Source: Minisyncoccota bacterium (lineage in GTDB: Bacteria; Patescibacteriota; Minisyncoccia; Phycocordibacterales; UBA9973). From it: 64,000 nucleotides of DNA. The DNA is taken from contig DASWWS010000002.1 in the NCBI GenBank assembly GCA_036405895.1, forward strand, positions 124,029-188,028. Direction: 5' to 3'. Shown one piece after another: positions 45,289 through 55,671 of this stretch. A program made the position numbers and the translations under genes. Within the stretch, counting starts at the first letter, position 1. Each line of letters opens with the position of its first letter. The notes beneath the pieces are model-generated. The model ran no database searches. It had not been told where the DNA came from and saw nothing but the letters and a program-made list of their open reading frames with translations.

Positions 45289-45332
45289 GCTCTGAGTATA
45301 GCATTTATCAAATTTGCTATACTCAGAGCATG
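45286..45332. promoter_or_regulatory. Perfect 18-bp inverted repeat with an 11-bp spacer (CATGCTCTGAGTATAGCA-tttatcaaatt-TGCTATACTCAGAGCATG). It contains symmetric extended -10 boxes (TGCTATACT) 6 nt upstream of both divergent start codons.
   Basis: Read directly. Both ATG codons (recJ on minus, hit on plus) lie in the outer arm ends. This implies leaderless divergent transcripts and a possible operator. Confidence 0.6.
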
Positions 45333-45722
45333 ACGGACACAATATTTGGAAAAATCATTTTGGGAGAAATCCCTTCCACAAAAGTATATGAGGATGGCGA
45401 CTGTCTGGCCTTTATGGATATCAACCCTGTTGCCAAAGGGCACGTATTATTAATACCGAAAGCGCACTTTGTATGGATGCAAGACGTCCCCGATGTACTC
45501 CTTTCTATGCTTTTTATCCGTGCAAAACGACTGATGATCGCAATGAAAGAGTCTTTAGGGTGCGACTATGTACAAGTTTCGGTTGTCGGGAAAGACGTAC
45601 CACACTTTCACATTCACCTTATCCCGCGCTATATGAACGATGAACTGCACGGCTGGCGCACGGGTACGTATGAAGAAGGCGAGGTTATTGAATTTGCCAA
45701 AAAAATAACAACTGCACTGTAA
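45330..45722 (+). CDS. HIT-family (histidine triad) nucleotide hydrolase
   Basis: HFHIHLIP histidine-triad motif. Start at MTDTIFGKI. Confidence 0.8.
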   Translation: MTDTIFGKIILGEIPSTKVYEDGDCLAFMDINPVAKGHVLLIPKAHFVWMQDVPDVLLSMLFIRAKRLMIAMKESLGCDYVQVSVVGKDVPHFHIHLIPRYMNDELHGWRTGTYEEGEVIEFAKKITTAL

Positions 45723-45756
45723 AATAAAAATTCCTGGGGTTTGGCCTCAGGAATTT

Positions 45757-46890
45757 TTATTTGAGTGCATCAATCCCAGGCAATGTACCGTTTGAGAGAT
45801 AGTCGAGTGCCGCGCCACCACCAGTTGAGACGAATACTCGTTTTGAAAGTGCAGTATTGCTTGAGAGGATCTTTTCAAGTGCAGCACCAGTGTCCCCACC
45901 CCCAATGACAGCTGTCGCTTTTGATTCCACGATTGCTTGTGCAAGAGAAACAGTTCCTTTGGTAAATCCTTTTTCATACCAACCAGTTGGGCCGTTCCAT
46001 ACGACAAGCTTTGCCTTCTCAATTTTCTTCGCAATGAGTGCAGTGCTCTGGGGGCCAATATCGGCAATAATGTCATCTGCCTCCACTTCGTCGGGAGTCA
46101 GCGTTACTTTTTTAGTGCCTCGAGCGACAATGACATCGATCGGAAGAAGAAGTTTTGGGTTGCCCAGAAGCGGCTTGATTGCCTTGTCATAGCCTTCTTC
46201 TACCACTGACTTCCCTACAGGAAATCCGGCACTCTTGTAGAAATTATTTAAAATAGCGCCTCCTATTACTACATTGTCCGCACTTTCAGCAAAGCGCTTG
46301 AGAAGTGGGATTTTTGTACTGAATTTCGCACCTCCAAGAATAAAAAGAAAGGGGTGCTTTGGCTTTTCTACCACAACAGAGAGCGCTTTTACTTCTGCCT
46401 GCAGAGTGAACCCTGCGTACGAAGGAAGGAATTTTGGCACGCCCACAATGGATGCATGCTTTCTGTGCGATACTGAAAACGCATCATTTACATACGCGTC
46501 TCCATATGAGGCAAGTACTTTTGCAAAAGATTTATCGTTCTTCTCTTCACCCTCATATCGGCGAATATTTTCAAACAGTATCACTGTTCCCTTTGGAACT
46601 TTCGCTACAATATCATGCGTTCGGGAGTCCGCAAGATCGTTATCAATAAATACGATGTTGTAGCGTTTGGAAAGCACTGTTGCAACAGGGCGCAGGCTTC
46701 CCTCTCCGTCGCCCACATGCGCAAGAAGGAGTGGGGTGCCGCCCTTTTTCAATACTGCATCAATACTTCCGTACGCAGCTTCTATGCGACGAGTATCGGC
46801 AACCTTTCCGTTTTTCAGCGGCACATTAAAGTCAACACGGATAAGCACGCGTTTGTTTTTTATTGAGGGAATTTTTTGCAGTGGTGTCAT
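45757..46890 (-). CDS. pgk: phosphoglycerate kinase
   Basis: 377 aa. N-terminal RVDFNVP motif and C-terminal ATP-binding region. Confidence 0.95.
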   Translation of the reverse strand: MTPLQKIPSIKNKRVLIRVDFNVPLKNGKVADTRRIEAAYGSIDAVLKKGGTPLLLAHVGDGEGSLRPVATVLSKRYNIVFIDNDLADSRTHDIVAKVPKGTVILFENIRRYEGEEKNDKSFAKVLASYGDAYVNDAFSVSHRKHASIVGVPKFLPSYAGFTLQAEVKALSVVVEKPKHPFLFILGGAKFSTKIPLLKRFAESADNVVIGGAILNNFYKSAGFPVGKSVVEEGYDKAIKPLLGNPKLLLPIDVIVARGTKKVTLTPDEVEADDIIADIGPQSTALIAKKIEKAKLVVWNGPTGWYEKGFTKGTVSLAQAIVESKATAVIGGGDTGAALEKILSSNTALSKRVFVSTGGGAALDYLSNGTLPGIDALK

Positions 46891-46905
46891 ATGGTATTCA
46901 AAAAG

Positions 46906-47658
46906 TTATTGCAGCGATTTAGCGAGCATGCCAAAGCGCTTTGCATCGAGTGAAACGCGTCCTACCAATAGTCCCTGTACAGTGCCTTCCACAACAAACT
47001 GCTTTGCATTTTGCTCATTCACTGACCCGCCGTAGAGGACCGTAATACCTGCAGCAAATTTCTCTCCATGAACATCGCGGATGAGCTTGCGGATATATAT
47101 CACCATTTCTCGGCACTCAAGTGCTGTTGCTTCGCGCTTTGCATCCTTGCCAATTGCCCAGACGGGCTCGTACGCTATCACAATGTTTTTAAATGCAGCC
47201 TTTGAAACGCTTGAAAGCAGCAAGTCGAGTTGGTCTTTTACGACGCTCAAATACCACCCCTGTGCATCGCGCTCGCGCTCTCCGATGCAAACGATAGGGA
47301 TAATCTTTTTTTCGATTAAACGCGTTACTTGAAGATTTACCGTTTCGTTGGTCTCTCCGCGCTCCCGACTCTCAGAGTGCCCTACGATGCAGTAGTCCAC
47401 CCCTATTCCTTTGAGCTGTGTTGCACTGACAAGCCCCGTATTGGCAACTTCTGTTTCAACAGAGACACTTTGTGCTCCAATCAAAAGCGGTGCGTGTGCA
47501 GACTTAACAACAGGAGCTAGGTGCACAAATGAAGGGCACACTGCCACTTTCAGAAATTTTTTGTAGGTGCGTGCAAGTGCTGCTGTCTTTTTCGCAAGTT
47601 CAAGTGCGAGAGAAGGCTTTTCAGGAGCCATTTTCCAGTTTCCGACCAATAGTATCAT
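46906..47658 (-). CDS. tpiA: triosephosphate isomerase
   Basis: GNWKM start, catalytic AYEPVWAIG and GGS regions. Confidence 0.9.
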   Translation of the reverse strand: MILLVGNWKMAPEKPSLALELAKKTAALARTYKKFLKVAVCPSFVHLAPVVKSAHAPLLIGAQSVSVETEVANTGLVSATQLKGIGVDYCIVGHSESRERGETNETVNLQVTRLIEKKIIPIVCIGERERDAQGWYLSVVKDQLDLLLSSVSKAAFKNIVIAYEPVWAIGKDAKREATALECREMVIYIRKLIRDVHGEKFAAGITVLYGGSVNEQNAKQFVVEGTVQGLLVGRVSLDAKRFGMLAKSLQ

Positions 47659-47679
47659 TGTCTTAGTATAGCAGATTTT

Positions 47680-49434
47680 TTATACCTCTTTCCACGAATC
47701 AATATTCCATGATCCGCTCGGTCCGCTCGAAAAATTGAGGTTTGCAATTCCACTCTCATAGGTAACAGAGCTGCCTCCAGAAATACTAATGGCATAGCCC
47801 GTCACTTGTTTTGCAGTCACCCCTCCTGTAAGGCTAATAGTTCCGTTCTGGGCGACAAGGATAACCGCCCCTGATCCTCCGTCTTGGGTGATTGCATTGC
47901 TTGCAGTCGACTTCGAAACAAGCAGAATGTAGCTGCCTGTTGTACCGGAACCATTCGCCGTCCCGCCCCCCGAAAGAGCAATTCTACCGTTTACCAAGAC
48001 CGCATCGCTTGCTGTTCCATAGGCGCTCGAGAGCCGTATTGTTGAGCCTCCACTAATCGTCAGTGTCCCCGTTACCCAGAGCGTTCCGTCAAGTATTACT
48101 GTTGACCCACCCGTTACAGTAAGATTGCCAACAATTTTTCTCGGCCCCATATTGACCGTAGTCCCGCTTCCGACAGTAATATTTCCGGTAGTAGTTGTTC
48201 CGAGAACGGCTTTTTCTTCCCATGAAGCAATTGCATCTTCAGATACCGGCCACTCCCCTTCAGCATCAACCGCTCCAGTTGTCGTGCAGGCCTTATTGTT
48301 TCCAGTTCCGCTTTGGCAATGAATGGTTCCACCCACAATGGAATCGTTTACTGTGTACGCCCGCGCATCTCCACCAATGCCCCCTCCTTTTAAGTTATCA
48401 ATCAGTCCGGTGCTTCCCCCCATAAATACGCCAAAATATCCATCCAAACCGTTTGGCGTGGTTGCACTAAAGCTTCCGCCAAATACCCCGACCTTCGCCA
48501 TGCCATTTGCATAGGTGCTGTTTGTCGCACCAAGCGTATAGTACGAGCCATAGGTTGAGCTGGTATCAAGCACTATCCAATACGTGCTCCCTGCATTGAG
48601 TGTAGGAGCGGCTCCGAACGGAACAGAGATGTATGAATACCCGGTTCCTATGTCCTCATGGTCAAGCGTTGCAGAGGCAATTGTTGTTCCCGGATTTCCA
48701 CCACTATTTGCAGTGATGCGCACGGTGATATCTCCCATCCACGCCGCTGAACTTTTTTTAATATATAGCCGGACATTTGAAAGCGTATTGGATTCGGACA
48801 CCTGAAAACTCTGCGCCATGTCGTCGGTGTAGTTCGTCTGCCAGTCCACGCTCCCACCAAAGCGTATCTCTGCCGGAGGAACAGCAGCACCGTCATTTTG
48901 CTGGTTGGCAGTCGGGCTTGAAACAGTAGCGCTCACTGCAGTGCCGCTGATACTGTTTGAGCCGCTGTTGTTTGCGGTGATAGGGCCATTGGAATAGACG
49001 TTACCGACAATGCTCCCGCTCTGAAGCGATATGCCTCCGCGGCCCGCTTGCAGTCCGTATTGAAATGATGCACCCGCGCCCTGCGAAACGGTGACAGAAA
49101 CGCTTCGATTGCGGTCTTTTGCATCCCCCACAGAAGTAATCTGCTTTTCCGTAAGATTGACCGTTGTTACCGTAGTAGTTGTTTCAGCGGTACCTAAAAC
49201 AAGCGTCTCGCTTGCCGAAAGCTGCTTGCCGGTGCGCAGTCGGTACAACACATCCTCAACCCCGCTCTCGGCAATAAAATAGCTTTGCTTTGCCTGAAGC
49301 GAGTCTTCCGCGATGCGGTTTGCGTGCAGCGCCGGCACCACCAGCCCCAATGCAATAGAAAGAGAGAGTGCGACAAAGAGCACCATGGTGATAATCAGAA
49401 CGCTTCCTTGATTATACGAGTTTCTTTTTTTCAT
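47680..49434 (-). CDS. Large pilus-associated protein (putative minor pilin or tip adhesin) with an N-terminal TM anchor and Gly/Thr/Ser-rich body
   Basis: Last gene of the pilB-pilC-pseudopilin operon. N-terminus LIITMVLFVALSLSIALGLVVPALHANRIAEDSLQAKQSYFIAESGVED resembles PilX-type N-termini. Confidence 0.5.
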   Translation of the reverse strand: MKKRNSYNQGSVLIITMVLFVALSLSIALGLVVPALHANRIAEDSLQAKQSYFIAESGVEDVLYRLRTGKQLSASETLVLGTAETTTTVTTVNLTEKQITSVGDAKDRNRSVSVTVSQGAGASFQYGLQAGRGGISLQSGSIVGNVYSNGPITANNSGSNSISGTAVSATVSSPTANQQNDGAAVPPAEIRFGGSVDWQTNYTDDMAQSFQVSESNTLSNVRLYIKKSSAAWMGDITVRITANSGGNPGTTIASATLDHEDIGTGYSYISVPFGAAPTLNAGSTYWIVLDTSSTYGSYYTLGATNSTYANGMAKVGVFGGSFSATTPNGLDGYFGVFMGGSTGLIDNLKGGGIGGDARAYTVNDSIVGGTIHCQSGTGNNKACTTTGAVDAEGEWPVSEDAIASWEEKAVLGTTTTGNITVGSGTTVNMGPRKIVGNLTVTGGSTVILDGTLWVTGTLTISGGSTIRLSSAYGTASDAVLVNGRIALSGGGTANGSGTTGSYILLVSKSTASNAITQDGGSGAVILVAQNGTISLTGGVTAKQVTGYAISISGGSSVTYESGIANLNFSSGPSGSWNIDSWKEV

Positions 49435-49435
49435 A

Positions 49436-49921
49436 CTACTGCGTACGCAACAAAGCGGTCGAATAAAATGACGCAGTCCTGATAACCCCTCCGGTTGCCG
49501 TAAGCGTAAGCTCCACCTTCACTCCTTCCCCAACTGGAGTGGTGATGCGGCGAAAGACCATATTCGTTACAGCTACCTGGCTGGTAGAAAGAATTCCTGT
49601 TGTACTGTTTTCCGTTATAGTAGCTGCGCCATTTGAAACAGCAAACGCAACCGTATCTCCCCCGCTTGCAAGCGTAAGTGTTCCAGGGTGAGTGCCAAAC
49701 GTACCCGTTGAAATGCTTTCGGCGTCGCGCACTTCGCGCGTAATGCGCTCAATGATAAGTTCGCCGTTGTTCTGAAGTCTTCGGAATCCTTGTGCGCTTG
49801 CGTACGTGCGCATCAACACCACCAATGAATGCACCAAAAGAACCGAAATCATGGCAAAAAGCGCGACATAGACCAATAGTTCGAGCAATGAATATCCTTT
49901 GTTTGTATTTTTTATTTTCAT
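49436..49921 (-). CDS. pseudopilin (prepilin-type N-terminus)
   Basis: KGYSLLELLVYVALFAMISVLLV. Placed in the operon. Confidence 0.65.
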   Translation of the reverse strand: MKIKNTNKGYSLLELLVYVALFAMISVLLVHSLVVLMRTYASAQGFRRLQNNGELIIERITREVRDAESISTGTFGTHPGTLTLASGGDTVAFAVSNGAATITENSTTGILSTSQVAVTNMVFRRITTPVGEGVKVELTLTATGGVIRTASFYSTALLRTQ

Positions 49922-49922
49922 A

Positions 49923-50390
49923 CTATTGCCTAATGTTTGCTATATAAAATGCCAAACTTTTTGTTTGCAAGCCGGTTGATGCAGACCAGGAAACAGTTAC
50001 CGTCACAAGCTTTGTTCCCGAATCAGTTGTTCCGCTTGCCGCAATGTCGTCCGTTGCATTTCGGGAAACGTTCGTTACGACAATGCTTCTGGTAAAGCGG
50101 TCAATTACAACAGGAGTTGTGGTAAATACCCACGCGCTTCCATTGTATGACAAATAGTACGTCGTGCCCGGAGTAAGCGAGCTGATGCTGCTCCATGAGG
50201 TATCGCGAATCGCCTTTGTAGCTTCTGCCCCCTCTTCAAGAAGAAATGACGCTTGTGTTCGCTCAAGCGCACGCTGGGAGACTTCTACTGTGTTCTGTAT
50301 TGAACCAATCAATAAAATAAGCACCACCGCAATAACAGACGATGCGATAATCACTTCTATAAGAAAAAATCCGCGTTGTGAAGAATGCAT
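49923..50390 (-). CDS. pseudopilin (prepilin-type N-terminus)
   Basis: QRGFFLIEVIIASSVIAVVLILLIG. Start moved to MHSSQRG. Confidence 0.6.
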   Translation of the reverse strand: MHSSQRGFFLIEVIIASSVIAVVLILLIGSIQNTVEVSQRALERTQASFLLEEGAEATKAIRDTSWSSISSLTPGTTYYLSYNGSAWVFTTTPVVIDRFTRSIVVTNVSRNATDDIAASGTTDSGTKLVTVTVSWSASTGLQTKSLAFYIANIRQ

Positions 50391-50391
50391 A

Positions 50392-50841
50392 TTAATTTCG
50401 TGCGACAGTACCAGTGGCGGTAACAGTGATAGTGCGGAGTGTCCCGCTTGGCAATTGCAATTGTAGTGTACCATGATGCGCAGTTGTTCCGCGCAGTCGG
50501 TCAAACGTTATTGTTGACCCCCCGCCGGAAAGAGCAACTGTTCCAAGCACTACAGGTGATTCGTATAAAAAGATTTGATTGGTGGGAGCTGCGCTTTGAT
50601 ATGTTGCCCCGCGAAACAAAATTGCGCGGTCGGCCTCCAGCCGAACGCTGTAGTTCGTGTTCTCGGTCCCCGCAAGCGTTTTTGCGCGCGCCTCATTGAT
50701 GACAGTAAGCACTGCATTGGTCGTATTTTGCAGCGCTTGCTCTCGTCTGAATCGAATAATCGGCAAAGATGCAATACCCATCAATACTCCAACAATAGTC
50801 AGGACAATCAAAAGCTCAATAATGGTAAACCCTTTTTTCAT
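50392..50841 (-). CDS. pseudopilin, GspH/FimT-like
   Basis: MKKGFTIIELLIVLTIVGVLMGIA prepilin motif. Confidence 0.75.
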   Translation of the reverse strand: MKKGFTIIELLIVLTIVGVLMGIASLPIIRFRREQALQNTTNAVLTVINEARAKTLAGTENTNYSVRLEADRAILFRGATYQSAAPTNQIFLYESPVVLGTVALSGGGSTITFDRLRGTTAHHGTLQLQLPSGTLRTITVTATGTVARN

Positions 50842-50842
50842 A

Positions 50843-52048
50843 CTATTGAATACTGTCCATCAGTGAATACATAGGCGAAAGCATTGAAATGGCAAAAAAT
50901 CCCACCGCGCCTCCGATAAAGATCATCAGTACAGGCTCGATGATAGTAGAGAGATCCTTTGTCTTTGCATCAACCTCCGCTTCGTAAAATACCGCAATAT
51001 CGAGCAGCATGTTTGCAAGCTTCCCCGTCTCTTCTCCGACCGCTACCATTTCGCCAACCATCACCGGATAAAGATTGGTGTGTCGCTGAAGCACGCTCGA
51101 CATCGTTTCACCTTTTTCCACGCGCTCTTCAATTTCGGCAAGCACGCTCTTATAATAGCTGTTTTGCAGCACTTCTTTGGTGATGCCGATTGCGCGCGAA
51201 ATGCTCACTCCTGCAACCAAGAGAGATGAGAGCGTGCGGGCAGTACGGGCTGCATTCACCTCTTGTACCAATACGCCAACCACCGGCACGCGAGTGCTCA
51301 TATAGTCTGAAAACTTCTGCACTGCCGGGCGCTTAAACGCAAAGTAGCCTCCCACCACTATCACTGCAATGCCCAGGAGAAGAAATGCAATATGGTTTGA
51401 AATCATATCCGAAACCCATACCACAATGCGCGTTGAAGTCGGCAGGTCAACATTGAGTTCTTTGAATGTTTTTGTCAGTACTGGCACAACATAAATAAAC
51501 ATGAGTATTCCGATAATGAATATAGCGACAATAATAATCGCCGGGTACATGAGGGCACTTTTTATTTTTCGGTTGAGGTTGTAGCTTTTTTCAAGATTCC
51601 CGCCGACTTCCATTAATGCCTCAGGCAATCCTCCCGACTCTTCCCCTGCTTTCACCATTGCCACAAAAAGGCTGGAGAAAATAGCCGGGTACTTGGAAAG
51701 TCCCGCTGAAAAGGTCTCCCCATTGTCGATACTCGCAATCAGCGACTCAAGAATTGTTTTAAAATAATTGTTTGTTGTCTGTTTTTTCAATACAACAAGG
51801 GCTCGTGCAAGCGGAAGGCCCGCGCGAAGCATGCCGGCAAGGTTTTTTGTGAAAATGATTTTCTCGCTGAGTTTTACGCGCTTGAATATGCCGTCGAGCG
51901 TCAGCGTGCGCTTCTTTTTTTCTGTCACCGTAATCGGTGTAAGGCCGGTCTCGCGCAAGGTAATAATCGCTTCGGTCTTAGTAGGCTCCTCAATCACTCC
52001 CTCAACCAATGCTCCGGTTGTGTTTCGCGCCGTGTAGGTAAATAGCAT
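50843..52048 (-). CDS. pilC: type IV pilus assembly platform protein PilC / GspF family
   Basis: Two T2SSF domains. Conserved GEESGxL region. Confidence 0.9.
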   Translation of the reverse strand: MLFTYTARNTTGALVEGVIEEPTKTEAIITLRETGLTPITVTEKKKRTLTLDGIFKRVKLSEKIIFTKNLAGMLRAGLPLARALVVLKKQTTNNYFKTILESLIASIDNGETFSAGLSKYPAIFSSLFVAMVKAGEESGGLPEALMEVGGNLEKSYNLNRKIKSALMYPAIIIVAIFIIGILMFIYVVPVLTKTFKELNVDLPTSTRIVVWVSDMISNHIAFLLLGIAVIVVGGYFAFKRPAVQKFSDYMSTRVPVVGVLVQEVNAARTARTLSSLLVAGVSISRAIGITKEVLQNSYYKSVLAEIEERVEKGETMSSVLQRHTNLYPVMVGEMVAVGEETGKLANMLLDIAVFYEAEVDAKTKDLSTIIEPVLMIFIGGAVGFFAISMLSPMYSLMDSIQ

Positions 52049-52116
52049 AGGATAAGTGTAACAGATTTATAATAAAAAAAGCGCTCCCCTGGGGAGCGCA
52101 AAGTGCAAAAAAATAA

Positions 52117-52548
52117 TTATTTGAAGAGTGTTCGATACTTTGTCGGACTGGTTTCGTTTTCAAGCTCAAGCGAGGTTGCTGTCAAAGTGATAATTCCGTA
52201 CGTAATGGTGCTATTAGAAGCTTTCAGTACAATTTTAGTATCGTTTGCAGTCGGCTCCCAGGTGCCATTAAAACTTCCGCTTCCTCCAAATTCAACATAG
52301 GAAAATGTTTTGTCGGACTTAAAGGTGTAGGTATCCTTTTTTTCTTCCACGGACAGAGGGTCGTTAACACGAGTGCCGGAAACAATTTGCGTCGCAGAAA
52401 CAGGTGTCCACGTTTTTACCAAGAGCAGTGCTTTTGCACTAAGGCCGGGTTGTTCTGTTTTCGGAGTAGGGTTGTCTTTTTTGCAAGAAACAAAAGAAGA
52501 ACTGATAATCATTACCAATCCCGCTAAATAGAGAGAAATCTTTTTCAT
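52117..52548 (-). CDS. Lipoprotein, hypothetical (within the pilus operon)
   Basis: Signal peptide with lipobox SFVSC. Confidence 0.5.
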   Translation of the reverse strand: MKKISLYLAGLVMIISSSFVSCKKDNPTPKTEQPGLSAKALLLVKTWTPVSATQIVSGTRVNDPLSVEEKKDTYTFKSDKTFSYVEFGGSGSFNGTWEPTANDTKIVLKASNSTITYGIITLTATSLELENETSPTKYRTLFK

Positions 52549-52627
52549 TGTTTTTATTTTTATGTGAAAGATAAGTGATTTTCAATACTATGCACCCTAT
52601 GCAATATTTTGTCAACCCTTTGGAGCA

Positions 52628-54373
52628 CTATTCGCTGACAACTCGCAATACGTCATCAATGGTTGTTTTTCCTTGAGCAGCCTGGAAAATGCCATCTTCA
52701 AGCATTGTCATCATCCCCTCTTTTTTTGCTTGTGCTTCCACTTCGTCCGCGGTGCCATTGCGTAAAATAATTTCCTTGATTGTCGGCGTGATTTTCATTA
52801 CCTCATGAATGCCGATACGGCCCTTGTATCCGTCTTCGCTTTCTTCTGAGGCCTTTGGTTTATAAAAGGGAATCTTCTCCCATGGCATACCCTTTTCAAT
52901 TATGTGCTCAGCTTCCAAAAACTTTCTCATTCGATCAAGGTCAAGCGAGTGCCCGAGCGTTGAAACTTCCACTGCGGTAAGAAAATATGTTTCTTTAGCA
53001 GCAGTCAGACGGCGCACCAAGCGCTGTGCCAAAATGGCTTTTGCGGTCGAAACGATAAGAAACGGCTCAACGCCCATATCAATCAATCGAGGGATAGCGC
53101 CAGCGGCTGAGCTTGTGTGGATAGTGGAGAGCACCAAGTGCCCGGTAAGGGCCGCATTCACTGCCAAGTCTGCAGTTTCGCCATCGCGCACCTCTCCAAC
53201 CATGATGATGTTGGGGTCTTGTCGCAAAAGCGCACGCAAGCCGTTGGCAAAGGTCATACCGATGTCAGACTTTACTTGCGTTTGATTGATGCGCGGCATC
53301 TGATACTCGATCGGGTCTTCAACGGTTGAGATGTTTACCTCCGGCGTATTTAAAATATCGAGCAATGTATAGAGCGTAGTAGTTTTTCCGCTTCCAGTCG
53401 GCCCTGACGCCAAGATAATGCCTGAGTGCTGGCGAAGTGCTTCGTGGATTGCTTCGAGCCCGCTTCCATGAAAGCCTAAGCCTTCAAGCGTAAAGCCGTG
53501 CGTGCTTTCGCGCAAAATACGGACTACTGCCTTTTCGCCATAGTATGTTGGAATGGTCGAGACACGAAACGATACGGGCGTCTCATCAAGCACCATTTTA
53601 AAGCGCCCATCCTGCGGCAAGCGCTTCTCGTCGAGCTTAAGACTCGAGAGCACTTTGATTCGCGCCGTAATTGCCGGAGCTGCACCCTTTGGCAAAGTCA
53701 TTGCGTCATGAAGAATGCCATCGATACGGTAGCGGATTATCATTTCATTTTCTCCGGGCTCCATGTGGATGTCAGACGCGCCCTGCATGATAGCGTGCGA
53801 AATCAATGAGTCCACAATCTTGATTACCGGCAAGTCTTCAGCAAGGGCCTTGAGGTCTCCCACTGATGCGTCCGCATTCACTTGCGGAACATTCTTCAGC
53901 GACAATGCTTCAGTTTGAATAATAGAGTCGAACTCTGCTTGGAGGCTCTTTCGATACTGCTGGAGCACGGCTTTGATAGTTTCGGTATCTGTCAGGCGCG
54001 GCAAGATGCGGAGCTGCGTCTTTTTTTTGATAAAGTCGATAGCGGGCAAGTTATCGATGTCGAGCATTGCAACCTCCAAATCGCTTCCCGACTTTTTATA
54101 CGCAACAATATTGTAGCGGCGCGCGATTGATTCAGGAATCAGCGCAAGCGTGTCCGGGTCGAGACGCTCTTTTGTCAGCCCAATAAATGGAATACCCAAT
54201 ACATATGCCTCTAATCGCTTGATCTCGCTTTCTTTCACTTTTCCCGCATTCAAAAGGAAGTCTGAAAGCGACTGATCTTTATTTTCTCGAGCATCGTAGG
54301 ATTCAATGTCGGCAAGAGATGCGATATTTGCATCAAGTACAAGATTGCGGAGTTTTATTTGATCGATCACCAT
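52628..54373 (-). CDS. pilB: type IV pilus assembly ATPase PilB / GspE family
   Basis: N-terminal GSPII_E_N domain, Walker A SGPTGSGKTTTLY, Asp and His boxes. Confidence 0.9.
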   Translation of the reverse strand: MVIDQIKLRNLVLDANIASLADIESYDARENKDQSLSDFLLNAGKVKESEIKRLEAYVLGIPFIGLTKERLDPDTLALIPESIARRYNIVAYKKSGSDLEVAMLDIDNLPAIDFIKKKTQLRILPRLTDTETIKAVLQQYRKSLQAEFDSIIQTEALSLKNVPQVNADASVGDLKALAEDLPVIKIVDSLISHAIMQGASDIHMEPGENEMIIRYRIDGILHDAMTLPKGAAPAITARIKVLSSLKLDEKRLPQDGRFKMVLDETPVSFRVSTIPTYYGEKAVVRILRESTHGFTLEGLGFHGSGLEAIHEALRQHSGIILASGPTGSGKTTTLYTLLDILNTPEVNISTVEDPIEYQMPRINQTQVKSDIGMTFANGLRALLRQDPNIIMVGEVRDGETADLAVNAALTGHLVLSTIHTSSAAGAIPRLIDMGVEPFLIVSTAKAILAQRLVRRLTAAKETYFLTAVEVSTLGHSLDLDRMRKFLEAEHIIEKGMPWEKIPFYKPKASEESEDGYKGRIGIHEVMKITPTIKEIILRNGTADEVEAQAKKEGMMTMLEDGIFQAAQGKTTIDDVLRVVSE

Positions 54374-54470
54374 TGCTTGTAGTATAGCAACAACACTGCA
54401 AGTATGCGCAATAAAAAAACCACTTCCGTGTTGAAAGTGGTTTTTTTATTTTTTCTACAATGCCCGCAAA

Positions 54471-55667
54471 TTATGGATTAAGAGTAATGTCGATAATAGT
54501 GGCACTTCTGTCGATATAGTAGTCAAAATTTGCTTTTATACCTCCAAAAAGTCCTCCACGCCATGACATACCGTACAAGTATGCATAGAGGTCAACTGTG
54601 TCTCCCGGCTGAAGTACTATCGTTTTTTCAAAGCTGAAATTATACGGAACATCTCCAAATGACTTCCATTTATTCACCTGACTCAAAGAATATTGTGCGT
54701 AGAAATAATTATCCACTGGAACATCTTCGCCTGGTTGGTTGTTCCAGATATCGTAAAATCCTGATCCTACTGGAGCGAGAGGGTAATGGTCATTGTTGAT
54801 TTTTACAAAGAAATTTGTATTTCCAAATGCTATCGCACTGTTATACCTATTCTTAAGCCCCATAGAACCTCTTGCACTGATTTTGATCGAGTATGTTCCT
54901 GCCTCTTGAACTGTTAAGAGACGTCCCTTGTCGAGAGCAAACTCTGTTTTACTGATACCAGGAAGAGTATCAATAATAACACCCTCAGGCCTACTGTTAT
55001 CAATACCTATTTTGCCAATATAAGGAACAGTAACAAATTTCTGTGTCCATGCATGGTTAGGGCTTGGTCCATCTATTTCAACCCACTGTCGAAGAGTAGG
55101 GAAGGTAAAATCTTGACGCTTATATGATGGAGCTACTGAATAGAAACGCTTGAGAGTAGGGGCGTTACAAGTGCCGTCTGAAGAACGGGTATGACCCTGC
55201 GGGATAGTATACTGGTGCCCAGAAATGTTTGAACACAAGTCATCAGTACACAAACCAATAACTCCGCTACCATCCGCACATAATCGCGAGTTATCCGGAT
55301 TGGCGACAAATTGATTTTGTATATAATCTGCTGCTGCAAGATTACCACTGATAGCCGCATCGGTCACAGTACTCATAGGAACACTACCGAGCTGAAGGGT
55401 GCTTGTAGTATCAAGAGGGGTTCCTCCTCGTACTGTCCCCCGAAGCGAAAGGTCTTGCTCGAATGAAGCGTTTTGCGAAACAATAAAATTATTAACAGAG
55501 AGTCCTCCTGTCTTTATTTGAGCTGGGCCCACATGGATTGGTATACCCGTATTGCTTCCATAGGGAATGCTTGCGGGTGCTGTCCACTGAGCAAGAGTAC
55601 TTGCAGCAAATGCGAGCGTTAGACCGAAAGCGATATATTTAAGGTTGGTGAGGAGTGTTTTTTTCAT
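54471..55667 (-). CDS. Secreted paralog family member 1 (398 aa)
   Basis: Signal peptide MKKTLLTNLKYIAFG shared with the two downstream paralogs. GGLSV motif. LCADGSGVIGLC Cys pair. Confidence 0.55.
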   Translation of the reverse strand: MKKTLLTNLKYIAFGLTLAFAASTLAQWTAPASIPYGSNTGIPIHVGPAQIKTGGLSVNNFIVSQNASFEQDLSLRGTVRGGTPLDTTSTLQLGSVPMSTVTDAAISGNLAAADYIQNQFVANPDNSRLCADGSGVIGLCTDDLCSNISGHQYTIPQGHTRSSDGTCNAPTLKRFYSVAPSYKRQDFTFPTLRQWVEIDGPSPNHAWTQKFVTVPYIGKIGIDNSRPEGVIIDTLPGISKTEFALDKGRLLTVQEAGTYSIKISARGSMGLKNRYNSAIAFGNTNFFVKINNDHYPLAPVGSGFYDIWNNQPGEDVPVDNYFYAQYSLSQVNKWKSFGDVPYNFSFEKTIVLQPGDTVDLYAYLYGMSWRGGLFGGIKANFDYYIDRSATIIDITLNP

Positions 55668-55671
55668 ATAA

